Below, piece after piece: positions 23,625-32,797 of a stretch of 64,000 nt of DNA. The notes beneath the pieces were generated by a model. The model made no database searches. It was not told the DNA's origin and saw nothing but the letters and a program-made list of their open reading frames with translations. Within the stretch, counting starts at the first letter, position 1; each line of letters begins with the position of its first letter. The translations under genes and the position numbers were made by a program. The DNA lies in the sequence record LT960552.1, one strand, 5' to 3'.

Positions 23625-24240
23625 TTATAGAAAGGCAAGAACTGATATTGACATTGATTTTAAAGATGGAAAATCAGTTATTGAACAACTTCCTTGTACT
23701 AGAAGTGTTGAAAAAATCACAGAAGATGGTTTGATTCCACACAATAGTGGTATACATTTTGATAATATCCCAACTGACCCAATTTCTGGATTAGCATCTA
23801 TACCATATAAAGAAGCCGAAAGGTTAGGATATCAAAAAGTTGATATTTTATCTCAATCGGCTTATGTACATGTGCGTGATAGAAATCATCTTAAAGAATT
23901 GATGAATAAAGAACCAGATTGGAATTTATTATTGGTTCCTGAAATAGTAGATCAATTGTCTCAAATTAAGAAACATATAACTTTGTTGAATATATGGAAA
24001 CCTAGTAGTATCGATGAATTAGCAATGTTTATTGCAATGATACGTCCAGGTAAACGTCAATGTCAAAGTATGAATAGTTGGGACGAAGTTCGGGCTGTTA
24101 TTTGGGAGTATGATAGTATTGGACTCGATGCAGAAGGTAAAAAGTTAAGATACTTTAAAAAACCTCATGCATTCGCATATAGTTTGATGATAGTAGTTCA
24201 GTTAAATGCATTAGTAGAATATATTATTTCCTCTTCTTAA
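23590..24240 (+). CDS. DnaE (Pol III alpha)-like catalytic palm fragment, C-half
   Basis: RTDIDIDF, HNSG, GYQKVDIL, PSSIDELAMFIAMIRPG and YFKKPHAFAY are collinear with DnaE PDFDVDF, HAGG, GLVKFDFL, ALFRPG and FNKSHSAAY. Confidence 0.85.
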   Translation: MDLDHKSTQTINYRKARTDIDIDFKDGKSVIEQLPCTRSVEKITEDGLIPHNSGIHFDNIPTDPISGLASIPYKEAERLGYQKVDILSQSAYVHVRDRNHLKELMNKEPDWNLLLVPEIVDQLSQIKKHITLLNIWKPSSIDELAMFIAMIRPGKRQCQSMNSWDEVRAVIWEYDSIGLDAEGKKLRYFKKPHAFAYSLMIVVQLNALVEYIISSS

Positions 24241-24577
24241 GAGCAATATTTCTACGTTTAATTCGTTTCGTTGGCAGATCACTTAAAGAGATTACTGGAC
24301 CTGAAATAACTTTCACATGGTCAGTATTAAAACGTTTTGTATAGTTTTCGAATTTTTCCATTTCCTCTTGCATAAAAAGGCAAATAGGAATAGTTCTATT
24401 ACTTTGCCACCACCAATTATTGGCTAAAAGTAGCAATTCTTCTTGTAAGGATTCATCCATCTCATGGAAACAGTACAAAGTTATGTATTGTTTACTTTTG
24501 ATTTTGATTATCCCATAGTAGATTACATCGTCGTGCTCTATGACCGTCACGAACGGATAAGTTTTGTGTTCATTCAT
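24224..24577 (-). CDS. Conserved hypothetical protein
   Basis: WWWQSNRTIPI motif; GGA RBS; TATAAATA upstream on the minus strand. Confidence 0.7.
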   Translation of the reverse strand: MNEHKTYPFVTVIEHDDVIYYGIIKIKSKQYITLYCFHEMDESLQEELLLLANNWWWQSNRTIPICLFMQEEMEKFENYTKRFNTDHVKVISGPVISLSDLPTKRIKRRNIALKKRK

Positions 24578-24587
24578 ATGACTTCCA

Positions 24588-24626
24588 TAAATATTGTATA
24601 AAATGATAAATTATATATTATTTATA
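24588..24626. promoter_or_regulatory. Face-to-face pair of late promoters
   Basis: TAAATA on + at 24588-24593 and TATAAATA on - at 24619-24626. Confidence 0.55.
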
Positions 24627-24637
24627 GAGGTTAAAAC

Positions 24638-25609
24638 ATGGCACATTACGGCGTATATATGTATCCTTATAACAATGAAGTTTCTCTTGGCAATTTTAAT
24701 ATGCCTTTCAATAATGAGAAATTAACAATTTATAGAGGTGCAAACAATCCTATCAGTTTTACAATACATAATGCTGATGGAAAATACACATTGATTAGTG
24801 ATAATCAATATCTTGTATTCAGCATTTATGATGCTAGAAATGATACAAGAATATTTGAAGTACTTCTTGAAAAGATTTTACCTTCATGGTTATCAGAAGC
24901 TGGTCAAGCAAGACCAACCATTAGCAATAAACAAAAAGTCTATTATGGATGTATTGTTCCTGCTGGTGTTTTACAAGATTTAAGTGTAGGATCAAAGTAT
25001 CGTTGGAGTATTACTAAAGTTACCATGAATGGTGATTTAATAGAACCAACTGAATACTTATACACTGGATTAAATTTTGAGGCAAGTTCTGAATTAATTT
25101 TAAGTAACTTAGCATCACCAACATTCACACCTAGTCAAGAAATTAGTGCAAATAGAAATCCATCTTGGTTACCAATAAAGGACAAAGAACAAAAACCTAT
25201 AAGTAATGGGATTTTTGGGGATTATGATGTTATGCATTCTTCAGCATTACGTGCAGAAGCACAATATGGTTTAGTTGACGGTTTAAGTACTGCTGCATTC
25301 TATTTTCATAATTTTATTGGAAGGGTACAACTTCAAGGTTGTTTGTCAAATGAGACTCCAAAAGACGCAGAGGATTATAAATGGTTCATCATTAAATTGG
25401 ATGGAAAAGAATTTATAGACAATCCTACTGATCCAAATGGTATTCCTATTCCAATGGATGGTATTAGAGCATTTAATTTCCACGGTCAACTTATGTGGGT
25501 TCGTGTAGTATGTTGTATACCACCAATTATTAAAAATTATCCACCGAACATAATCAAAAAAGATTATAATCCGTTGAATACTATTCCAAAAATCTTGATC
25601 CGTAGATAA
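24638..25609 (+). CDS. Probable virion structural protein (baseplate/neck-type beta-sandwich)
   Basis: Late promoter, GAGG RBS, beta-rich sequence. Confidence 0.5.
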   Translation: MAHYGVYMYPYNNEVSLGNFNMPFNNEKLTIYRGANNPISFTIHNADGKYTLISDNQYLVFSIYDARNDTRIFEVLLEKILPSWLSEAGQARPTISNKQKVYYGCIVPAGVLQDLSVGSKYRWSITKVTMNGDLIEPTEYLYTGLNFEASSELILSNLASPTFTPSQEISANRNPSWLPIKDKEQKPISNGIFGDYDVMHSSALRAEAQYGLVDGLSTAAFYFHNFIGRVQLQGCLSNETPKDAEDYKWFIIKLDGKEFIDNPTDPNGIPIPMDGIRAFNFHGQLMWVRVVCCIPPIIKNYPPNIIKKDYNPLNTIPKILIRR

Positions 25610-25610
25610 A

Positions 25611-25639
25611 TGGAATGAGCTAAAAAAATGTGGTATAAT
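25611..25639 (+). promoter_or_regulatory. TGRAAY-class extended -10 promoter
   Basis: TGGAAT-N17-TATAAT with TGTGG. Confidence 0.7.
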
Positions 25640-25670
25640 ATTTCAAAAAGACTCACATACAAGGATTTGA

Positions 25671-26717
25671 ATGATGAATCAAGTACAAAATATTATTTCA
25701 AACATTATTCATGATCCAGCACCAATAATGGATCGATGGAATCAACATAATTGCCCTGCTTGTACATCAAGAGGGCAATCAAGACCTGATACTAAAGGGC
25801 GAGGAAATCATATGTTTTTGAACGATGGTTCCATTGCCTATAATTGTTTTAATTGTCATTTAAAAACCGTTTGGTCACCTGGAAAATACTTAAGTAAGGA
25901 TATGGATTCTTTATTAAGATCTTATGGTGCGTCAGAAAAAGAAATGGCACAAATAAAATTTATAGTAAAGGAAATGGTTGAAAGTGGAGATTATGAAGTA
26001 GAAGAAAGTAGTGTTTCTAAAATATATCAAAAAATAGTACGGCGTGAATTACCACAAGGTGCTAGACCATTCTTGGATTGGGTAAATGACCCTGTTATAA
26101 ACCCTGATTTTTTAAAAGTACTAAATTCTGTTAATAGTCGTAACCCATACTTATTAGATTTGGATTTATATTGGTGTCCATCGAAAGAATTTTACATGCA
26201 TCAACGATTTATCATTCCTTATTATATGAATGGTAATATTATTGGTTATACTGCTCGGCATATGGACGTAAATAGCGAATATCGTTATCGAAATCAAGTA
26301 AGCACGAGCATTTTTTATAACTTTGATTTGTTAAATGATGATAGAATAAAAATCATTTTAGTTGCGGAAGGACCAATTGATGCAGCATTGATGGGTGGAT
26401 TATCTGCAAATAATTATTTCTTATGTGCATCTCAATTAGAATTGTTACATAAGGCACAAGAACGTGGTAAAAAAATTGTTATAGTTCCAGATAGAGATAA
26501 AGATGGTTTAATAACAATTGAGCAAGCAATCGAGCACGGATTCAGCGTAGCAATGCCTGATTTTGGTGCGGTTCGTGATGAAAATGGAATTCGTCACATT
26601 AAAGATTTTGATGAAGCATGTGCTAAATTTGGAAGATTATTTTGTTTACAAATGATTCATAATAGCATATATGATGAGAAATTTGATATAAGAGTACAAA
26701 CTGAAAAATGGATTTGA
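25671..26717 (+). CDS. gp61: DNA primase (gp61/DnaG-like)
   Basis: Zinc domain CPAC...CFNC; TOPRIM motifs VAEGPIDA, PDRDKDG and KDFDE. Confidence 0.9.
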   Translation: MMNQVQNIISNIIHDPAPIMDRWNQHNCPACTSRGQSRPDTKGRGNHMFLNDGSIAYNCFNCHLKTVWSPGKYLSKDMDSLLRSYGASEKEMAQIKFIVKEMVESGDYEVEESSVSKIYQKIVRRELPQGARPFLDWVNDPVINPDFLKVLNSVNSRNPYLLDLDLYWCPSKEFYMHQRFIIPYYMNGNIIGYTARHMDVNSEYRYRNQVSTSIFYNFDLLNDDRIKIILVAEGPIDAALMGGLSANNYFLCASQLELLHKAQERGKKIVIVPDRDKDGLITIEQAIEHGFSVAMPDFGAVRDENGIRHIKDFDEACAKFGRLFCLQMIHNSIYDEKFDIRVQTEKWI

Positions 26718-26724
26718 GGTTTAA

Positions 26725-28206
26725 ATGGCAATTAATACTAACACGGACGTTAAAAAATATGATATTCAATACCAACTATATTTGCTTTCACAAATTTTTA
26801 GTACTCCCGATTTATATGTAAGATGTAAAAATGTTTTAAAACCTGACTACTTCGATAGAGAATATCATGCTAGTATTCAGTATGTTCATGATTATGCAGC
26901 TAAGTATAATATAACTCCAACTTTAAATGATATTAAACATAATTCGGATTTTACATTTAATGAAACTCCAGTTGGTGATTTAAATCAACAAGCAGTACTA
27001 GATAGTGTAGGTGAATTTTGTCGGCATAAAGCATTAGCACAAGCAATTCAACAAGGAATGGAATTAGTTAATCAAAAACGCTATGGTGGAATTGAAGAAT
27101 TAATTCGTGAAGCAATGTTGGTGAGTGTACAAAATGATTTAGGTTTAGACATTTATGAAGATCCTGAAGAAGTTATAAGTTCATTAGCAACAATGCAAGG
27201 GACTTTTAAATCTGGATGGGAAACTCTTGATTATAAATTATTTGGTGGTTTTGGTCGCCAAGAATTAGAAATATTTGCTGCTGCATCTGGTGGTGGTAAA
27301 TCTGTAGTACTTCAAAATTTAGCAGTTAATTTTAGTAAAGCTGGTTTGAATGGTGCATATATTACATTAGAACTTGCTAAAGAACTTGTTGCAGTTCGTA
27401 TATATGGTATGTTAGTTAATACTGCACAGATTCGTGTTAAAGTTGATATTGATGAAACTGCTGCTAAAGTTAAAATTGAAGAAAGAACAAATGGTAAATT
27501 ACGTGTTCATCGACTTCCTGAATCAGTAACAACCGTTAATGATATTGAAAGTTATATTCGTGAATTACAAATTAAAACAGGTATTAAACTAGATTATGTT
27601 TGTGTGGATTATCTTGATTTATTAACATCAGACCGTTGTGGTCCAAATGATAAATCAAACGCTTTCGTTAAAGATAAATTTGTATCTGAAGAATTACGTG
27701 CACTTGCTATGAAAATGGACTTAACGGTATTCACTGCATGTCAGTTTAACCGTAGTGGTGTTGGTGGTGAAGATATAAAAAGTCAAGCACAAATTGCAGG
27801 TGGTATTTCGAAAATTTATACCGCAGATAATGTAATTTACATCGATGCTCGTAAAGATCGTGGAGAAATGGTATTTGATTTCCAGAAAACACGTAACAGT
27901 TCAGCAGTAGGCTCACGTTTAGTTATGTCATATGATGTAGACTCATTAAGAGTACTTGATCATTATCAAACCATTCAAGAAATGCAAATTAATACTTCAT
28001 TTAGACATAGTGGTAAGGTTATGGTTGGTAATGGTGATCTAATAGCTAACCCTACTATATCTGCACCTAATGCATTGAACAAATTACAAAATACGTTATC
28101 AACAGTAAATCAAAAATCTACCATTCAAACATCGACTGATATAAATACACCAAAGGCTGATGATAAAGTTTCAAATATACGAAACTTTTTGAATGGTAGG
28201 ACATAA
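26725..28206 (+). CDS. gp41: Replicative DnaB-like helicase (gp41-like)
   Basis: GGFGRQEL, ASGGGKS, ITLEL, VDYLDL, TACQFNR and KTRN. Confidence 0.93.
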   Translation: MAINTNTDVKKYDIQYQLYLLSQIFSTPDLYVRCKNVLKPDYFDREYHASIQYVHDYAAKYNITPTLNDIKHNSDFTFNETPVGDLNQQAVLDSVGEFCRHKALAQAIQQGMELVNQKRYGGIEELIREAMLVSVQNDLGLDIYEDPEEVISSLATMQGTFKSGWETLDYKLFGGFGRQELEIFAAASGGGKSVVLQNLAVNFSKAGLNGAYITLELAKELVAVRIYGMLVNTAQIRVKVDIDETAAKVKIEERTNGKLRVHRLPESVTTVNDIESYIRELQIKTGIKLDYVCVDYLDLLTSDRCGPNDKSNAFVKDKFVSEELRALAMKMDLTVFTACQFNRSGVGGEDIKSQAQIAGGISKIYTADNVIYIDARKDRGEMVFDFQKTRNSSAVGSRLVMSYDVDSLRVLDHYQTIQEMQINTSFRHSGKVMVGNGDLIANPTISAPNALNKLQNTLSTVNQKSTIQTSTDINTPKADDKVSNIRNFLNGRT

Positions 28207-28208
28207 CT

Positions 28209-28478
28209 ATGGCAAATAAAAAGCACAATCTTCTAGATAGTATTGTTAATTATACATCTGATAAAGAAAAATTACAAAGTTTGGGAAATCGTGCAGACCA
28301 TGCAATCAATTCAGTAATAAACCTACTGGATAGTATAGATGAAGATTTTGATCAAGAACACGCTGACGATTTGACAAGGCGTTTGTTTTTAAGTATTAAA
28401 AATCGTGACTATCGTAAATTCGAAAAAGGGCTAGAGAATTTAGCCCTATCAGACAAACGTAAGAATAAAGGTGATTGA
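28209..28478 (+). CDS. Hypothetical protein
   Basis: 89-aa ORF in the operon. Confidence 0.65.
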   Translation: MANKKHNLLDSIVNYTSDKEKLQSLGNRADHAINSVINLLDSIDEDFDQEHADDLTRRLFLSIKNRDYRKFEKGLENLALSDKRKNKGD

Positions 28479-28479
28479 T

Positions 28480-28644
28480 ATGAAAAATAACAAGATTAAT
28501 GAAAATGCATCTGCTGGGTCTACAAGTGCTGGATCAATTGCAACTGTTTCTGGAGGATTAAATTATCCATTAACAAGTCGGTTACCTCCTACAAATTTCT
28601 TTGGCTATAAAGAATATAAACCTAAGAAACATAAAAAGGATTAA
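28480..28644 (+). CDS. Small 54-aa protein absent from the ORF track
   Basis: My translation: MKNNKINENASAGSTSAGSIATVSGGLNYPLTSRLPPTNFFGYKEYKPKKHKKD*. It fills the gap between neighbours exactly and has an AAGGTG RBS. Confidence 0.7.
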   Translation: MKNNKINENASAGSTSAGSIATVSGGLNYPLTSRLPPTNFFGYKEYKPKKHKKD

Positions 28645-28645
28645 C

Positions 28646-29044
28646 ATGAATTCCTATACATTTTATACAATTAATACTGTTATCGATATTGGTGATGGTA
28701 AAACGCCACCTATTGATAATGGGATATTTACTGGTGCAATGAATCTATGTAGATTAGTTGAAAGCGTAATGATATTTGATCGACCTATGATGGTTAGTGT
28801 AGTAAGAACTGAAGTTGATTTGAGTAAAAACAACAATTCTGCATTTTATAATTTACCATCTGCATGGGGAGAATGTGTGGTTAGTACTTTTAAATTTACA
28901 TTACCTATGGATGTGAACGTAAATTGTAATGGTATTCCATTAGTACTACCAACAGAAGTTAATGGAACTAGATTGACTAAATTCAACAGTGTTACTTCAG
29001 AAAGAAATATTAGTATTTCAAAGCAAACCTTTTCCCGTACATGA
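28646..29044 (+). CDS. Hypothetical protein
   Basis: AAGGA RBS before ATG 28646. Confidence 0.65.
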   Translation: MNSYTFYTINTVIDIGDGKTPPIDNGIFTGAMNLCRLVESVMIFDRPMMVSVVRTEVDLSKNNNSAFYNLPSAWGECVVSTFKFTLPMDVNVNCNGIPLVLPTEVNGTRLTKFNSVTSERNISISKQTFSRT

Positions 29045-29080
29045 TAAATATCTTCATGTACAGAAAAGGTTTTTCTTTTT
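29025..29080 (+). promoter_or_regulatory. Long hairpin/terminator with late promoter TAAATA in its loop
   Basis: AAACCTTTTC-CC-GTACATGA-TAAATATCT-TCATGTAC-A-GAAAAGGTTT, then TTCTTTTT. Confidence 0.6.
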
Positions 29081-29090
29081 GGAGATAAAA

Positions 29091-30005
29091 ATGGATATAC
29101 AACAAACCGCACAAGAATTACAAAAATTTGCTGATGCGAATGGATTACAAATGGATGTTAACCAAGCATTAAGCTCTATGGATGCTGGTGATTTTGTAGA
29201 AATAAATCAAGCAATGGACAATTCTGATAATAGAACTATAATGCAAGTACTTCAAAAGTACAGAGCACGTACTAATGAAAATTATCAATATTTTGATGGT
29301 ACTACACTTTCAGAATCAGAAGAAATTAATACTATTAATGCTATGGGTGTTGATGCATTAATTGAAGCATATCGTGATAATGTTCATGGTGCATTTTATG
29401 ATTGTTCTCACTTAACATTAAGTGAAATGAGAACTTTAGTATATGAAGATTTAGCTAGTACGTTAAATTCTAATCAAATTAGTAATAGAAATACATCAAC
29501 ACAACAAACACAAATTAATCCACAGACTCAAGCAAAATTGAAACAAGCTGAATTGCAACAAAATGCAAATAATAGTTCTTTCAAAGTTACTGTTCCTGGT
29601 GATAGTACTGGAACAAGTCAAGTTGCACCTATAGTTGGTGTTGATGTTGGACCAACCCCTCAACAAACATTAGTAGTTACTAAAAGTAATGAAAAACCAA
29701 ATCAAGTGAATGTTTTTGGATTAGATGATGTTCAGCCAGTACAAGAAGATGATGAACATGATGAAGTAGAATCACAGAGTGTAATGGCACCCCCAGCTAA
29801 ATCTAATAATATTGAACAAGTTGGTTCACCATTTACTCATGAAAATCCAGGATTAGGTGAATTGTCACGTGAAATTGGACGAATTGAAGGTGATCAATAT
29901 GATACTTCTGGTGAAGAAAGTCCAGAAGGTAACGAAGCTATGAATAATGCTGATGAAATGATTTCTCAGATTTTAGATTTTTGTTCAAGAATGAGAGGTA
30001 GATAA
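29091..30005 (+). CDS. Gln/Asn/acidic-rich probable prohead core or internal head protein
   Basis: GGAG RBS before ATG 29091; late promoter; LSESEE and LVYEDL motifs. Confidence 0.5.
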   Translation: MDIQQTAQELQKFADANGLQMDVNQALSSMDAGDFVEINQAMDNSDNRTIMQVLQKYRARTNENYQYFDGTTLSESEEINTINAMGVDALIEAYRDNVHGAFYDCSHLTLSEMRTLVYEDLASTLNSNQISNRNTSTQQTQINPQTQAKLKQAELQQNANNSSFKVTVPGDSTGTSQVAPIVGVDVGPTPQQTLVVTKSNEKPNQVNVFGLDDVQPVQEDDEHDEVESQSVMAPPAKSNNIEQVGSPFTHENPGLGELSREIGRIEGDQYDTSGEESPEGNEAMNNADEMISQILDFCSRMRGR

Positions 30006-30223
30006 TGAGAGCAGTGGATACAAAAAATGGTTATTCTATTATAGTATCTAATGAAGAATATCGCCTTATAAAAAAAGTTGATGCTAATATTAAAGTCCCT
30101 ATTGAATCTTTATCAGAGTACTATCAAGAATTAGGTGAAAAATTATTTTCACGTGGTGTATTAAATAAAGAAGAAGATGGGGACACTGAATATTTTTTAT
30201 CAATTAAAAGGAGTAAGCAATGA
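30005..30223 (+). CDS. Hypothetical protein
   Basis: Coupled 72-aa ORF. Confidence 0.65.
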   Translation: MRAVDTKNGYSIIVSNEEYRLIKKVDANIKVPIESLSEYYQELGEKLFSRGVLNKEEDGDTEYFLSIKRSKQ

Positions 30224-31017
30224 GTGAAGATTTTGGAGAATGGGAATCTCGGAAACAAGGTATAGATCTTATGAATGATATAATATCTGCATTTGATGAT
30301 ATCGAAGAAGGTCGTCCTGTACAAAAAAAATTACCAGATGGAAGTACTTTCATTAATGATTTTAAACAAATAAATCTTGCTGAAACAAAAAACCTTTTAT
30401 ATTCTCTTCAGGAAGTAACTGGAGAGTATGGTAATATTCATCAGGAAAATTCACAATATTATGACAATGGTGGATATCTAAATGAATCTACTGATTATGA
30501 TGATATCTATGGATATTATAATCCACAAGAAGGTGAGACATATATTCAAGATCCTTCTTATGTAAGAATTCGACCGGTACAACAAAATACACAAAGTTCT
30601 CCAGTACAACAAACTAGACAATATGTTCCAGGTCAAAACTGGAGTATTATTGAAGAAAGTGTACTTGGTATGAAAAGTGCAAAAGTATATAGTATTAAAT
30701 GTAATGCTACCAATCAAATTGTGTTAAACAACATTATGATGTTTGAATCAGCATTAGCGTTAAAGACAATCTTAAATGAAGGTAAAACTTTAACTGATCC
30801 GAAAGTACTTGGTATTATTAGTTCTGGAATTCAATATACAAAAGTAGTGACTGAAGCTATTAGTGCTGCAAAAGAACGACAACAAGTTCTTAAAGAATCA
30901 AGGTATGATAAGGCTCAAGAATTAGATAATATTATTGCTGAACATAAACGTAAAGCAACAGAACTAAAAGAACGAGTACTAAACTTCTTAAGAGAAGAAG
31001 GATTCATAACTAAATAA
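30220..31017 (+). CDS. Probable virion/head-associated hypothetical protein
   Basis: AGGAG RBS; LAE and LNES motifs. Confidence 0.55.
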   Translation: MSEDFGEWESRKQGIDLMNDIISAFDDIEEGRPVQKKLPDGSTFINDFKQINLAETKNLLYSLQEVTGEYGNIHQENSQYYDNGGYLNESTDYDDIYGYYNPQEGETYIQDPSYVRIRPVQQNTQSSPVQQTRQYVPGQNWSIIEESVLGMKSAKVYSIKCNATNQIVLNNIMMFESALALKTILNEGKTLTDPKVLGIISSGIQYTKVVTEAISAAKERQQVLKESRYDKAQELDNIIAEHKRKATELKERVLNFLREEGFITK

Positions 31018-31050
31018 GGATAGAAATTTCATTTATAAGGAAATAACAAA

Positions 31051-31701
31051 ATGACTAAACAATTTTCAAAGATGATGGAATCTGCTAATCGTGTGGAAGC
31101 AATGAATTTTATTCAACTTAATGAATCAAACATTGAGAAAGCTGAAATCGTTCTTGCGGTTAAAGGTGAAATCGTTGATAAGCTACAACGTCAAGCAGAA
31201 GTTATTAATAACATGGGTGTTGACGTACTTGGTCCTTTACTTGACCGCATCAAGGCTGAACATGGTGTTCCAGCAGCAGATTCATTCCGTAATAATATTA
31301 GTGGTCTATTAGATCATGCTGTTAAAACTATTATGGATGTAAAAGATAAAATCAGTACTGAAACATTAAAATTAACTGGTGATATTACATCATCTCCTGA
31401 TGTTGCAGATTTGGGTTCTGAAGTAGTTGATGATGTATCAATTGATGTTGATGGGGATAACTTTGATTTTGAATCAGATGCCGATTTAACTGATACCGAT
31501 CTTGATGCTGATATTATGAGTGAACCAACACCAATGGATCGCGAGATGAAAGAATCAGTTAAACCTAAGCGTGTTGGAATTCAATTAGAAAGTATTAAAG
31601 GTACTGTAGGTAATAAGTATTTTGGATCTAAAATCGAAATGAACGAATGGTTAAAAGAAAATGAAACCAAGATTGCTAAGATAATTAAGATTCTTAAATA
31701 A
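31051..31701 (+). CDS. Probable prohead core/scaffold-type protein
   Basis: Helical with an acidic linker; repeated MMES, LNES, MKES and LES motifs. Confidence 0.45.
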   Translation: MTKQFSKMMESANRVEAMNFIQLNESNIEKAEIVLAVKGEIVDKLQRQAEVINNMGVDVLGPLLDRIKAEHGVPAADSFRNNISGLLDHAVKTIMDVKDKISTETLKLTGDITSSPDVADLGSEVVDDVSIDVDGDNFDFESDADLTDTDLDADIMSEPTPMDREMKESVKPKRVGIQLESIKGTVGNKYFGSKIEMNEWLKENETKIAKIIKILK

Positions 31702-31716
31702 TTGAGGTATTAATAT

Positions 31717-32052
31717 ATGAGGTTCAATCAGATAACCGAAGATGCACCTGGTAAAGATATACGGAATATGATTAGTACTATTGCATTATCATTAATTGCA
31801 ACAGGTAGAGAACAAATTAGTATACAATCATTGATTAATGAAATAAAAAAGCGTACTAATATTGATGTTCCATATAATGTAATGATGGATATTCTTAATG
31901 AACTTCCATTTGTACAAGATGCAAATTCTGATATGGTAAACTTACAAGGTACTGATACTTCACCTGATGGTGATAGTATTGAATCACCTGAAGAACAAGT
32001 AACTGATATGGCAACAAAAGCAGCATCTGCAAATTTAAAACAAGATATTTGA
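31717..32052 (+). CDS. Hypothetical head-associated protein
   Basis: N-terminus MRFNQITED resembles capsid-targeting leaders. Confidence 0.5.
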   Translation: MRFNQITEDAPGKDIRNMISTIALSLIATGREQISIQSLINEIKKRTNIDVPYNVMMDILNELPFVQDANSDMVNLQGTDTSPDGDSIESPEEQVTDMATKAASANLKQDI

Positions 32053-32078
32053 AACAAACGAAAAACATGTGCTATAAT
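32050..32078 (+). promoter_or_regulatory. TGRAAY-class extended -10 promoter
   Basis: TGAAAC-N17-TATAAT with TGTGC. Confidence 0.75.
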
Positions 32079-32092
32079 ATAGGAGTACAAGG

Positions 32093-32794
32093 ATGTACAT
32101 TCCACCTATCGTTAATAAGTACACGTATGTTGGTTATAATCGAATCGAAGGCGGCCCGCAAGGTCGCCTTTATTCTACCCCTAGTGGAAACCTACCATCC
32201 GTGACTACAATTTTAAGTGCCACTTCTGATAATGAAGGATTAAAGAAATGGCGTGAAGCAATCGGAGAAGAAAAAGCTAATGCAATAACATTAGAAGCTA
32301 CTACAGTTGGGACTTTCATGCATGAAAATCTAGAACGAAGACTCGTTGGAGATCCCGATCATCATGGTGGTATGCCAATAAGGGTATTAGCTAGAAGTAT
32401 GGCTGATTGTATACAGGAAAATGCTTGGCCTAAAATAAATGAAGTATGGGGACAAGAAGTTCCATTATTTTATGAAGGATTATGGGCTGGAACTACTGAC
32501 TTAGTTGGTATACATGATGGTATACCGTCAATTATGGATTATAAAAATTCACGTAAACCCAAAACATGGGAATATATTGAAAATTACAGACTTCAATTGG
32601 CAGCTTATGCAATAGCACATAATGCAATGTTCGGTACAGAAATCGATAGAGGTGTTATTTTTATTTGTGTTCGCAAAGACCCTCAAAACTTACAATATCA
32701 GGAATTTGTTATTGAAGGTACTGATTTTGAAGAAGCGAAACAAATGTGGATTGAAAGAGTAGAGCAATTCTATGCTCAACGTGGAGATATGTAA
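32093..32794 (+). CDS. PD-(D/E)XK exonuclease (lambda-exonuclease/Cas4-like fold)
   Basis: PSVTTIL, GTFMH, EVPL...GTTDL...IMDYKNS and QLAAY. Confidence 0.85.
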   Translation: MYIPPIVNKYTYVGYNRIEGGPQGRLYSTPSGNLPSVTTILSATSDNEGLKKWREAIGEEKANAITLEATTVGTFMHENLERRLVGDPDHHGGMPIRVLARSMADCIQENAWPKINEVWGQEVPLFYEGLWAGTTDLVGIHDGIPSIMDYKNSRKPKTWEYIENYRLQLAAYAIAHNAMFGTEIDRGVIFICVRKDPQNLQYQEFVIEGTDFEEAKQMWIERVEQFYAQRGDM

Positions 32795-32797
32795 AAA

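Noticed and set aside
32093-32794. Cas4-like nuclease as evidence of a CRISPR system
   Set aside because: I saw no repeat-spacer array or other cas genes, and the protein lacks the Cas4 Fe-S cysteine set. It is a common phage exonuclease.
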